Positions 32,914 to 42,952 of a DNA stretch of 54,762 bases are shown piece after piece. A program made the position numbers and the translations under genes. The notes beneath the pieces were generated by a model. The model did not search any database. It worked only from the letters and a program-made list of their open reading frames with translations, and was not told the DNA's origin. Within the stretch, counting starts at the first letter, position 1. The number at the start of each line of letters is the position of its first letter. The stretch comes from an uncultured bacterium (GTDB taxonomy: Bacteria > CAIJMQ01). Where the stretch lies: positions 1 through 54,762 of the forward strand of contig CAZNJA010000001.1 of assembly GCA_964573245.1 (NCBI GenBank), read 5' to 3'.

Positions 32914-33348
32914 TTACTTGTTTAAGTAATTGGTTAATGCTAACGCAGTGCGTGTGCCGACGATTCCGTCTACTTTAAGCCCATGTGCTTTTTGAAATTG
33001 TTCTATTGCGGATTTTGTTTGCGTTCCCGATTTGCCGTCAATTACTCCTCTATAAAAGCCGGCGTTTTTTAATGCTATTTGTATTTGACGGATAGATAAG
33101 TTTATTATCGGTGCGGTTTCTTGTCTGGGATGATGTTCTATTATCCTTGTTCTTTCAAGTTCACTTTCCAATTCACTGATTTCTTTACTTTTTATTTGCA
33201 ATTCTTGTTCGAGAAAAGTTATCTTATCCTGTAATTCCTTTACTTGATTTTGAAGTTGTTGCGCTTGATTTTTGGGGGTTGGAGTTGTTGTGGCGCAACC
33301 AGCCAAAATTAAAGCAATAAACGCAGCGATTGTAATTCTCAAAAACAT
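32914..33348 (-). CDS. Lipoprotein with a coiled coil and a peptidoglycan-binding (PG_binding_1) domain
   Basis: Lipobox LILAGC-ATT, a Q/E-rich coiled coil, and C-terminal FQKAHGLKVDGIVGTRTALAL. Confidence 0.7.
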   Translation of the reverse strand: MFLRITIAAFIALILAGCATTTPTPKNQAQQLQNQVKELQDKITFLEQELQIKSKEISELESELERTRIIEHHPRQETAPIINLSIRQIQIALKNAGFYRGVIDGKSGTQTKSAIEQFQKAHGLKVDGIVGTRTALALTNYLNK

Positions 33349-33382
33349 ATTTTATTTCTCCGTTTTTATTCTGTGCCGTAAA

Positions 33383-34360
33383 TTATTCAATCGGTATAAT
33401 TATTTTTTGCCCTACTTTTAGTTTATTCGGGTCTTTTATTCGATCTTTATTAAGTTCATAAAGATATTTCCAACGGGATGCTCTCCCAAGTTGTTCCTGC
33501 GCAATTTTGGAAAGCGTATCATCTTTTTGGATTATATACTCTTTGGTGGAAACTTTTATTTCCGATTCTATGATTTCTTCTTTCTCTATCAAGAATGTCT
33601 CCTCTCCGATTTGTTCTGCCTGCATTTCTTTTGCTTTTCCCGGAGAAGGCAACATTATTTCTTGGACTTCGGCTATCATAAATTGAGCATTCCTGTCTTT
33701 TTGCATTCCGACTATATCTGTGACTGGGGCTACAGCGTCAAGTTTGCCCCGACTCACTATTTTAATGCGGTTTTCAGCAATACCGTTTTCGAGCATGAAT
33801 TTTTTTACCGACTCAGCGCGGTTTCTCCCTAATTTCTTGTTGTATGATTCTGGTCCGCGGATATCGCAGTTGCCGGTAATTAGAATGCTTGCTTCAAGAT
33901 TTCTATTTAATACCCTAATGGCATCATTCAGAATAACTTTAGCATCTTCGCGCAAGTTATATTTGTCAAAATCAAAGTAAATTTTTACATTCCTTATTAT
34001 TTTCTTTATAAGCAACGATGGTCTTAATTCTTTCGGCTCAGGCGGGGGCAGTTCGTCTTCTTGATAATCAAAAATCATCTTATATACGTAAACATAGCCG
34101 CGGTTCCCCCAGGGTTCTATCTTGCCCGGTTCTTCAGGCCACCACCAATAACCGCCGCGCTCGGGGTCTTGGACGGGACCGGGCATAGCGTCGGTTGGCC
34201 ACCACTGAAATTGTTCTTGAAGTTCTTCAAGTTTCTGTTTTTTTCTTTCCTCTCTATTCTCTCGTTTATCAAAAGCATGATTTGGGATAGTGAACAGCAG
34301 AATAAAAAAAGCAATTAATGGAAGCAAAACAAGGCTTTTCAATAAATCTTTTTTTAGCAT
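33383..34360 (-). CDS. OmpA-family peptidoglycan-associated protein with a C-terminal LysM domain
   Basis: OmpA_C-like motif ITGNCDIRGPESYNKKLGRNRAESVKKFM and LysM segment YIIQKDDTLSKIAQEQLG...VGQKIIIP. An N-terminal signal/anchor is present. Confidence 0.8.
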   Translation of the reverse strand: MLKKDLLKSLVLLPLIAFFILLFTIPNHAFDKRENREERKKQKLEELQEQFQWWPTDAMPGPVQDPERGGYWWWPEEPGKIEPWGNRGYVYVYKMIFDYQEDELPPPEPKELRPSLLIKKIIRNVKIYFDFDKYNLREDAKVILNDAIRVLNRNLEASILITGNCDIRGPESYNKKLGRNRAESVKKFMLENGIAENRIKIVSRGKLDAVAPVTDIVGMQKDRNAQFMIAEVQEIMLPSPGKAKEMQAEQIGEETFLIEKEEIIESEIKVSTKEYIIQKDDTLSKIAQEQLGRASRWKYLYELNKDRIKDPNKLKVGQKIIIPIE

Positions 34361-34522
34361 TCTGTTTTCCCTCCTAATTTATTTTCATTCTTGATATTGT
34401 GAAGCTCAAAATTATTCTATCATTTTTGCATTTAGAAAGGAACAATTGTTGTGGCAGAAGGTTTTCTTGCTCTAAGTAAAGTAAATTATATCTATTGGCG
34501 TCGGCGTAACTTATATGCGATT

Positions 34523-34551
34523 TTGACATAGGTATGCTCTGTTAGTATAAT
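34523..34551 (+). promoter_or_regulatory. Perfect-consensus sigma-70 promoter (TTGACA-17-TATAAT)
   Basis: TTGACA at 34523-34528, exactly 17 nt, then TATAAT at 34546-34551. It lies about 150 nt upstream of the eno start codon. Confidence 0.65.
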
Positions 34552-34685
34552 CTCAAGCCTCTTTAGACTCGTAAGACCGTTTTTTCTGTCCTGTCTAATG
34601 TGCACAGCAGACGGGAACCCAATAAAAGTCAAAGAGTTAATTTAAATATTAGGCGGTTGATTGGTAAAATAGATACACATTTTAA

Positions 34686-36262
<1,577 letters not shown>

Positions 36263-36285
36263 TAGAAAAGGCGGATAAAAAAGAT

Positions 36286-37614
36286 ATGTTTGCAAATCTA
36301 ACCGGCAAATTACAAGCGATTTTTAAAAATTTAAGAGGGCAGGGAGTAATCAGCGAAAGCAATATAAAGGAAATGTTACACGAGATTCAACTTGCTTTGC
36401 TTGAAGCGGATGTAAATTATAGAATAGTAAAAGAATTTGTTGAGGCCGTTGCGCAAGATGCTATCGGGCAAAAAATTATCACTAGTATTACTCCTTCCCA
36501 GAAATTGGTTCAAATAGTCCACGAAAAATTAATTGAATTACTCGGCAAAGACTCTTCGCCGCTAAAACACTCATCAAATCCACCTAACATTATTATGCTG
36601 GTTGGGCTGCAGGGAAGCGGTAAAACAACAACAAGCAGTAAATTGGCAAAGATTTTAACCAATAAAGGGAAGAACGTTTTACTTGCCGGGACAGACACAC
36701 AAAGGCCTGCGGCAAGAGAGCAGCTTCAATTTCTCGGGAAAAACTTGGGACTACCCGTGATTACGGATGGGAAAAATCCGATTGACATAGCTGTAAACGC
36801 GGTAAAGAAAGCGAATTCTATGGGCGCAGACGCTTTAATTATAGACACTCAGGGACGGCTTCATGTAAACAATGAACTGATGGAAGAACTTATCAGAATG
36901 AAAGAAGCGGTTTCTCCCTCCGAAATTCTACTCGTTGCAGATGCAATGACAGGACAGGATGCGGTAAATATCTCAAAAAGTTTTAATGAAAGATTAGGTA
37001 TAACAGGCGTAATCCTTACAAAGTTGGACACCGATACCCGCGGAGGAGCAGCAATATCAGTTAGGAAAGTTACAAATGTGCCGATTAAATTCATAGGCGT
37101 GGGTGAAAAAACAGAAGATTTGGAAATTTTTTATCCTGAGCGAATGGCTTCGCGCATATTAGGTATGGGAGATATCCTAACATTGGTTGAAAAGGCAGAG
37201 GTTGAAGTTGAAAAAGGCGATGCTCAAAGATTAGCAAAAAAACTTAAAGCGGAAAAACTCGACTTCGAAGATTTTCTTACTCAATTAAGACAGATGAAAA
37301 AAATCGGGCCTTTGTCCAAAATGCTAGACTATTTGCCAGTAGACCCTTCTTTAAAAAATTTTGATGTTTCCGAAGAAAGATATAAACATATAGAAGCTAT
37401 AATTTTATCAATGACTCTTGAAGAAAGGTGCAACCCACGTATAATAGACGGTCGCAGAAAAAAGAGAATTGCTGAAGGAAGCGGGACGAGTGTCCAGGAT
37501 ATAAATCAATTATTAAAGCAATTTTATTCCGTTCAAAAATTTGTAAAGGAAATGGCTGGCAAAGGAGCACAAATGAAAAGAAAGGGGTTTCTACCTAAGT
37601 TGATTTCCCCCTAG
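36286..37614 (+). CDS. ffh: Signal recognition particle protein Ffh
   Basis: 442-aa ORF with an NG domain (GLQGSGKTTT, DTQGR, TKLD) and a Met-rich M domain. The TAG stop lies inside the palindromic element at 37607-37677. Confidence 0.95.
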   Translation: MFANLTGKLQAIFKNLRGQGVISESNIKEMLHEIQLALLEADVNYRIVKEFVEAVAQDAIGQKIITSITPSQKLVQIVHEKLIELLGKDSSPLKHSSNPPNIIMLVGLQGSGKTTTSSKLAKILTNKGKNVLLAGTDTQRPAAREQLQFLGKNLGLPVITDGKNPIDIAVNAVKKANSMGADALIIDTQGRLHVNNELMEELIRMKEAVSPSEILLVADAMTGQDAVNISKSFNERLGITGVILTKLDTDTRGGAAISVRKVTNVPIKFIGVGEKTEDLEIFYPERMASRILGMGDILTLVEKAEVEVEKGDAQRLAKKLKAEKLDFEDFLTQLRQMKKIGPLSKMLDYLPVDPSLKNFDVSEERYKHIEAIILSMTLEERCNPRIIDGRRKKRIAEGSGTSVQDINQLLKQFYSVQKFVKEMAGKGAQMKRKGFLPKLISP

Positions 37615-37677
37615 AAATTGCAGAATGCAATTTCAGGGACTTTGGTCTCGGAAATTCTTCGAATTTCTCGAGGGGGG
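37607..37677 (+). repeat. Two-hairpin palindromic element (same family as 12832-12898)
   Basis: CCCCCTAGAAATTGCAgaaTGCAATTTCAGGGACTTTGGTCTCGGAAATTCttcGAATTTCTCGAGGGGGG. A further AGGGGGACT motif follows at 37690-37698. Confidence 0.7.
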
Positions 37678-37732
37678 AAATCAGGATAGGGGGACTATGC
37701 CTAAATTGTCTTAAACATTAAATGGAGGAATT

Positions 37733-37978
37733 ATGGCGATAAGAATCAGATTAAAAAGAATAGGCAAAAAGAAACAAAGTTATTACAGAATAGTGGTTGC
37801 AGATGTTTGTTTTCCCAGAGATGGCAGACTGATTGAAGAAATTGGGCTTTATGACCCGAATCAAAATCCAGCAAAAGTGGATATAAAAAAAGAACGTTTG
37901 GAATACTGGATGGCAAATGGAGCTACTGCCACGCCTACAGTAGAAAATATCCTCAAAAGCAGACCAAAAGCAAAATAA
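37733..37978 (+). CDS. rpsP: 30S ribosomal protein S16
   Basis: 81-aa ORF starting MAIRIRLKRIGKKKQSYYRIVVAD, with a GGAGG SD. Confidence 0.95.
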   Translation: MAIRIRLKRIGKKKQSYYRIVVADVCFPRDGRLIEEIGLYDPNQNPAKVDIKKERLEYWMANGATATPTVENILKSRPKAK

Positions 37979-38014
37979 AAATTGAGTACTTGATACTCGT
38001 AAAAACAAAAGATT

Positions 38015-38049
38015 AGAATTTGGTAGCGAGAATCTGGTATCGATAATCG
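38015..38049 (+). repeat. 14-nt tandem repeat (2.5 units) just upstream of trmD
   Basis: AGAATTTGGTAGCG / AGAATCTGGTATCG / ATAATCG, ending 11 nt before the trmD ATG. Confidence 0.6.
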
Positions 38050-38060
38050 TTTTTAATAAC

Positions 38061-38834
38061 ATGGATATCCATATATTGACTCTATTCCCGGGCATGTTTC
38101 GTGGAGTTCTAGAAGAAAGCATAATAAAAAGAGCGCAAGAAAAGGGGCTTGTTAAAATATTTTTGCATGATTTGAGAGAATTTGGTTTGGGTAAACGTAA
38201 AACTACAGACGACTATCCTTACGGCGGCGGCGCCGGAATGATTATGCGGATAGAGCCCGTGTATAACGCTATAAAAAAAATCAAGGCGAAAAATACCCGC
38301 CATTGCAGAACAGGCGGGCAGGAAAGAAAGAAAAATAAAATCAGGACTATTTTACTCACTCCGCAAGGAGAAATTTTAAACGAGGGAAAAAGCAAAAAAT
38401 TGGCAAAGGAATCATCGGTTATCCTTATATGCGGACATTATAAGGGATTGGACGAGAGAATACGTTTAAATCTTATTGACGAAGAAATATCCGTAGGCGA
38501 TTATGTTCTAAGCGGCGGAGAAATTGCCGCTATGGTTGTTGTGGATACGATAACAAGACTTATTCCTGGAGTTTTGGGGAACAAAGAATCCATGCGGTTG
38601 GATTCCTTTCATCAAAATATTTTGGAGGGGCCGTTATACACAAGACCCGTCGAATTCAAAGGAATGAAAGTTCCAGACTCTCTTTTATCGGGAAATCATG
38701 GGCAAATCTTCGATTGGAGAAGAAAAGAAGCGTTAAGGAGAACTTATTTAAAAAGACCCGAACTTTTTAATGTGATTAAGTTAAGCGAAAAAGACAAACA
38801 AATGTTAGAAGAAATAAAAAAAGAAAAACTGTAA
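38061..38834 (+). CDS. trmD: tRNA (guanine37-N1)-methyltransferase TrmD, with an in-frame hairpin insertion
   Basis: 257-aa ORF with MDIHILTLFPGMF, YPYGGGAGM, ICGHYKGLDERI, GDYVLSGGE and LLSGNH motifs. An extra NTRHCRTGGQER segment precedes the conserved LLTPQG. Confidence 0.93.
   Translation: MDIHILTLFPGMFRGVLEESIIKRAQEKGLVKIFLHDLREFGLGKRKTTDDYPYGGGAGMIMRIEPVYNAIKKIKAKNTRHCRTGGQERKKNKIRTILLTPQGEILNEGKSKKLAKESSVILICGHYKGLDERIRLNLIDEEISVGDYVLSGGEIAAMVVVDTITRLIPGVLGNKESMRLDSFHQNILEGPLYTRPVEFKGMKVPDSLLSGNHGQIFDWRRKEALRRTYLKRPELFNVIKLSEKDKQMLEEIKKEKL
38296..38322 (+). repeat. CCCGCC-N11-GGCGGGCAGG hairpin inside the trmD coding sequence
   Basis: aCCCGCCattgcagaacaGGCGGGCAGG has the same arms, loop length and 3' CAGG as the intergenic hairpin at 39252-39278. 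It is translated as TRHCRTGGQ. Confidence 0.6.
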
Positions 38835-38873
38835 TCATGTATAATTAGATTATTAAAAACAGGGGGACGTAAA

Positions 38874-39245
38874 ATGTTAGATGTAGGGCAAATAATAGAA
38901 AAACCTAGAATGAAGACAAAAATTTCTAATTTTCAAGTAGGGGACACAGTAAAAGTTTCTTTGAAAGTTAAGGAAATAATTAAGGAAGAGAGAGATAGAA
39001 AGAAAGGCAGTAAAGGAAAGGTTAGCCAAAGAGAAAAGATTTATCCGTTTCAGGGGATAGTGATAAAAAGAAAAGGCGGCGGCATAAGAGAAACTTTTAC
39101 CGTTAGAAAAGACAGTTACGGGATTGGCGTTGAAAGGATATTTCCGCTTCATTCACCGATAATTAGCGAAATACGGGTCTTGAAAAAAGGCAAGGTAAGA
39201 AGAGCAAAACTATATTATTTGAGGGATGGGAAGAAAAGAAAATAA
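38874..39245 (+). CDS. rplS: 50S ribosomal protein L19
   Basis: 123-aa ORF with [30 protein letters not shown] and [11 protein letters not shown] motifs. It carries a Lys/Glu-rich extra segment of about 15 aa relative to E. coli L19 (from memory). AACAGGGGGAC lies upstream of the ATG. Confidence 0.9.
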   Translation: MLDVGQIIEKPRMKTKISNFQVGDTVKVSLKVKEIIKEERDRKKGSKGKVSQREKIYPFQGIVIKRKGGGIRETFTVRKDSYGIGVERIFPLHSPIISEIRVLKKGKVRRAKLYYLRDGKKRK

Positions 39246-39251
39246 GTTCTA

Positions 39252-39278
39252 CCCGCCACTACTACAACGGCGGGCAGG
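39252..39278 (+). repeat. CCCGCC-N11-GGCGGGCAGG hairpin 7 nt after the rplS stop
   Basis: CCCGCCactactacaacGGCGGGCAGGG. The loop resembles the inner loop of L1 (ACTGATACAAT). There is no U-run, so it is not a classical intrinsic terminator. Confidence 0.6.
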
Positions 39279-39320
39279 GATGCTTGATGCTAGATTCTGG
39301 ATACTAGATACTAGATGCTC
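39279..39320 (+). repeat. Heptamer tandem array GATNCTN x6
   Basis: GATGCTT GATGCTA GATTCTG GATACTA GATACTA GATGCTC, in the convergent gap between rplS and the minus-strand gene ending at 39354. Confidence 0.75.
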
Positions 39321-39353
39321 GTAGAAGAAAATAAAGCATCATAATAACACGCG

Positions 39354-39863
39354 TTATTTACGAACTATCTGACATTGTACACCTCGCAAAACAGGACCCT
39401 CTACCGAACCACCAGAAACCAGAAGTCCAATATACTCGTTGATGGCGGTGATTTTAATCTCTGCATCAGCATATACAAAATTTTTCTCGTAATCTGGACG
39501 TCCTTTCAGTAGAAGTTTGTCAAACGCAATAGTATTACCACTAATTTCGTAAGGCTTGTCGGTAGTAAAAACCAACTGACCAAATTGGTATATTCCAAGA
39601 TAATCTATTGTTTTAGTTGTTGGCTTAGATTCTACTGTCGTAGGAGCAGCTTGTTCGAATACTATGAATTTTGGAATTAATTCAGCAAAAGTTTTTTCCA
39701 AATCTACACTATTCCCCTGATATTTAACCAACCATATCACCAGAATAATCAATACAATAAAGAACAATATTTTAAATAGACGTTCAAAGAAGTCATACCC
39801 GAAATTGAATTTCTCCATTCTCTCAACCCAGCGTTTCTTCTTCATGCTTTTTCGCATTTTCAT
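39354..39863 (-). CDS. Hypothetical membrane-anchored protein
   Basis: 169-aa ORF with a basic N-terminus, one TM (ILFFIVLIILVIWLV) and a beta-rich C-terminal part. I recognise no motif. Confidence 0.5.
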   Translation of the reverse strand: MKMRKSMKKKRWVERMEKFNFGYDFFERLFKILFFIVLIILVIWLVKYQGNSVDLEKTFAELIPKFIVFEQAAPTTVESKPTTKTIDYLGIYQFGQLVFTTDKPYEISGNTIAFDKLLLKGRPDYEKNFVYADAEIKITAINEYIGLLVSGGSVEGPVLRGVQCQIVRK

Positions 39864-39958
39864 AACCTAATCAGTTGTTTTAAACATTATCTTGCAAAAA
39901 AGGGTTATGTCTGATAACATTTTTTATCGCAACAGATAAGAGATAGCAAGGGAGTCTT

Positions 39959-40582
39959 ATGCCTGAAAATATCGACCTTACCGTTTATGAAAGAAATTTA
40001 TGGCAGAAAGGCATCAGAGTTGTCGCCGGCATAGACGAATCAGGTAGAGGTCCCTTGGCAGGTCCCGTGGTGGCGGCAGTAGCGATTTTCCCCCCATTCA
40101 AAAAAATAGACGGGATAAAAGACAGTAAACAATTGTCCTCTTCAAAAAGAGAAGAACTTTTTGAACTCATAAAAAAGGAAGCGCTGGCTTGGGGTATCGG
40201 CATAGTAAGCGAGAGGATAATAGAAGAAATAAATATTTTACAGGCAACACGTCTGGCAATGACAAAAGCCATACAAAATCTGGAAACTTCTCCGGAATTC
40301 CTTTTAATAGACGGTCCTATTTCTCTTGATGTAGAAATATCACAACAACCCATAATAAACGGTGACGCGAAATCTTTTTCTATCGGCGCAGCTTCAATAA
40401 TAGCCAAAGTTACAAGGGATGGCCTGATGCAAAAATATCATAAATTGTTTCCCGAATATGGCTTTGACAAGCACAAAGGATATGGCACCCCAGGACATCT
40501 TTATGCTTTGCAAGAGCATGGCCCTTGTCCAATTCACAGGAAAACCTATGAACCTGTTCAGAAACTTCTTTTCAAAGATTAG
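39959..40582 (+). CDS. rnhB: Ribonuclease HII
   Basis: 207-aa ORF with VAGIDESGRGPLAGPVVAAAV, DSKQLS and IAKVTRD motifs. Confidence 0.92.
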   Translation: MPENIDLTVYERNLWQKGIRVVAGIDESGRGPLAGPVVAAVAIFPPFKKIDGIKDSKQLSSSKREELFELIKKEALAWGIGIVSERIIEEINILQATRLAMTKAIQNLETSPEFLLIDGPISLDVEISQQPIINGDAKSFSIGAASIIAKVTRDGLMQKYHKLFPEYGFDKHKGYGTPGHLYALQEHGPCPIHRKTYEPVQKLLFKD

Positions 40583-40961
40583 TTCTCTTTTTTCAAAAAA
40601 GACAAAGAAAAAAACAACAGGCAAAATCGGCGAAGATATTGCGGCAAAATTTTTGACGCGTAAAGGCTACCGCATCTTGGAACGAAACTGGCGTATAAAA
40701 GGCGGAGAAATAGATATAGTTGCTGACGACCGAGGCACTATGGTTTTTGTTGAAGTAAAAGCCCGTTCGTCCACGGAATACGGAACAGGAGAGGAAGCAA
40801 TCACGCCGCACAAAAAAGGAAAAATAATAAATACCGCCAAAGCATATTTAAAATATAAAGGGGAAGACCGCCCCTGCCGTTTTGATGTAATTGCTATACT
40901 TTTCGACAAAAGAGGAAAAGCAAAAGAAATCAATCATATAGAAGATGCGTTTACTTTGTAA
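40548..40961 (+). CDS. yraN: YraN-family (UPF0102) endonuclease-like protein
   Basis: GEDIAAKFLTRKGYRILERNWRIKGGEIDIVA...VFVEVKAR...RFDVIA. The start is set at MNLFRNFF (ATG 40548) and overlaps the rnhB 3' end. The start is uncertain. Confidence 0.8.
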   Translation: MNLFRNFFSKISSLFSKKTKKKTTGKIGEDIAAKFLTRKGYRILERNWRIKGGEIDIVADDRGTMVFVEVKARSSTEYGTGEEAITPHKKGKIINTAKAYLKYKGEDRPCRFDVIAILFDKRGKAKEINHIEDAFTL

Positions 40962-40964
40962 ACA

Positions 40965-41927
40965 ATGGAAAAATATCCTGCCTATTTAGAATCATACAAT
41001 AACGGACATTTGCTAAAAGTAATTGATAAAACTTTTAAGTTGCTGGAAGCATGCACTATCTGTCCACGCAAGTGCAAAATAGACCGCATACAGGGCGAAA
41101 AAGGGTTTTGCAAGACTGCGCTTTTGCCGAAAGTCTTCAGTTACACGCAACATCGTGGCGAAGAACCGCCTGTTTCAGGGAAAAACGGTTCCGGCACAAT
41201 ATTCTTTTCAAACTGCAATATGCGCTGCATCTATTGCCAAAATTTCAAATTCAGCCAATCGGGATTGGGAAAAGAAATCCAGATAGAAGAATTGGCCGAT
41301 TACATGCTAAAACTTCAAGGAATGGAATGCCATAATATAAATTTCGTTACCCCAACACACATCATGCCGCAAATTTTAAAAGCGCTTTATATCGCGATTC
41401 CCAAAGGGCTTAAAACCCCGCTTTGTTATAACACGAGCGGTTATGAGCTCCCAGAGATGATTAAATTGTTAGACGGTATTATAGATATCTATCTTCCCGA
41501 CATGCGTTACAGCGATAATAAATCGGCAAAAAAATATTCTTCCGCGCCAAATTATCCTTTATATAATCAGCAGTCGATAAAAGAGATGCACAGGCAAGTC
41601 GGTATAGCCCAGATGGGCGAAAACGGAATAATAAAAAGAGGAATGATTATCAGGCATCTTGTGTTGCCAAACAAAATTTCCGGTACGGAAAAAATCATGA
41701 AATTCATTGCGGAAGAAATTTCCCAACAAACTTATATCAGTTTAATGAGCCAATATTTCCCTTGCTATAAAGTAAAAGAAACGGGTCCAATAGGAAGAAG
41801 AATCACTCTTGAAGAATACGAAGAAGCCCAAGACATGATGCATAAACACGGTTTGCATAACGGCTGGATTCAAAGCCCGGACGGACTGGAAAAATTCGCG
41901 GGAACGGATTTGAACCAAAATTTATGA
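40965..41927 (+). CDS. Radical SAM protein (PflX-like, pyruvate formate-lyase activase homolog)
   Basis: 320-aa ORF with CNMRCIYCQN (CxxxCxxC) and an N-terminal extra Cys cluster (CTICPRKC). Confidence 0.7.
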   Translation: MEKYPAYLESYNNGHLLKVIDKTFKLLEACTICPRKCKIDRIQGEKGFCKTALLPKVFSYTQHRGEEPPVSGKNGSGTIFFSNCNMRCIYCQNFKFSQSGLGKEIQIEELADYMLKLQGMECHNINFVTPTHIMPQILKALYIAIPKGLKTPLCYNTSGYELPEMIKLLDGIIDIYLPDMRYSDNKSAKKYSSAPNYPLYNQQSIKEMHRQVGIAQMGENGIIKRGMIIRHLVLPNKISGTEKIMKFIAEEISQQTYISLMSQYFPCYKVKETGPIGRRITLEEYEEAQDMMHKHGLHNGWIQSPDGLEKFAGTDLNQNL

Positions 41928-42704
41928 GCCGGTTAGATTGGCTATTTCTTTCTGAATAGTATTAGAAGAGATCTTATCTCCTGTTTTGTCATATGCCTCA
42001 GCCAGTGTTTTGAGAATATCAATTCCGTCATAAATTAAACCTAACTCTATTCTTTTTTTGTTTCTAATATTAACTTTCTTTTTTGCATCTCCAAGGTACT
42101 TGATCGCTTCCTTATATTTTCCCTGAAGAGCAGCAATTTTACCCAATGCATAACTAATAACAAATTCCTGTTTTGGGGCGAATTTATCAATGTTTTGACA
42201 GATAGCTTTTACCTTCTCTATTTCTTTATCCATTTCGGTTATAATGCCTTTCTGACGATATATCAGCACAAGCCAAAAATGGATAGATAGATCATCCTTA
42301 TTACCTTCTTCAGCTATCCTAAACCAACCAACTGCTTTGTCTGATTCGCCTTTTACAAAATAAACATAACCCATACCTTTACAAGCACGCCAATCATTAG
42401 AAGATAAAGAAAGTGCTTTTTCTAAATTTAAAAGAGCTTTGTCTGTTTCCCCTTTGATGATATTCACGTTTGCAAGTTCAATGTGTGCTTTTACAGAATC
42501 AGGGTTAATCCTGATTTCATCTGTATACATTTCTTCAGCCGCATCAAAGCGGCTCTGCTTTAAATAAATATCTCCAAGAGCCAGGTGCGCGCCTCTTATC
42601 TGAATATTTTGAACAATTGCCTCTTTTAGACAATCCTCTGCCTTTTCTAATTGACCCTTAAGCATGTGGGTCAAGCCAATATCTAATAGTTCTTCAGCGT
42701 TCAT
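41922..42704 (-). CDS. TPR repeat protein
   Basis: 260-aa ORF with repeated 34-aa A..Y..A...P motifs. It overlaps the convergent radical SAM gene by 6 nt. Confidence 0.7.
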   Translation of the reverse strand: MNAEELLDIGLTHMLKGQLEKAEDCLKEAIVQNIQIRGAHLALGDIYLKQSRFDAAEEMYTDEIRINPDSVKAHIELANVNIIKGETDKALLNLEKALSLSSNDWRACKGMGYVYFVKGESDKAVGWFRIAEEGNKDDLSIHFWLVLIYRQKGIITEMDKEIEKVKAICQNIDKFAPKQEFVISYALGKIAALQGKYKEAIKYLGDAKKKVNIRNKKRIELGLIYDGIDILKTLAEAYDKTGDKISSNTIQKEIANLTGS

Positions 42705-42833
42705 AAGAGTAATTTTACACTTTCTTGTTATATTTTTCTATTCATTGTAAGAATCTGTGACGCATTGGGAAAACCATACTTATTTTCCCAAAGGAGCAGA
42801 TATATTTTGTAATTGCGCAAAAAACATATTTGT

Positions 42834-42863
42834 TTGACAACTTAGACAACCTTATACTACAAT
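42834..42863 (+). promoter_or_regulatory. Sigma-70-type promoter for the tRNA pair (TTGACA-18-TACAAT)
   Basis: TTGACA at 42834-42839 and TACAAT at 42858-42863. The tRNA 5' end lies 13 nt downstream. Confidence 0.5.
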
Positions 42864-42875
42864 GCCCAATAAGAT

Positions 42876-42952
42876 CGCGGGGTGGAGCAGTCAGGTAGCT
42901 CGTAGGGCTCATAACCCTAAGGTCGGCGGTTCAAATCCGTCCCCCGCAACCA
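42876..42952 (+). tRNA. Initiator tRNA-fMet (CAT)
   Basis: CGCGGGGTGGAGCAGTCAGGTAGCTCGTAGGGCTCATAACCCTAAGGTCGGCGGTTCAAATCCGTCCCCCGCAACCA has the C1-A72 mismatch and the three G-C pairs in the anticodon stem (GGGCTCATAACCC). It is nearly identical to E. coli tRNA-fMet (from memory). Confidence 0.93.

Noticed and set aside
39278-39322. The heptamer array can be read as a 14-codon ORF (MLDARFWILDTRCS) and might be a leader peptide.
   Set aside because: No gene follows in that orientation, because the next gene is convergent. The periodicity is 7 nt rather than 3, so a coding origin is unlikely.
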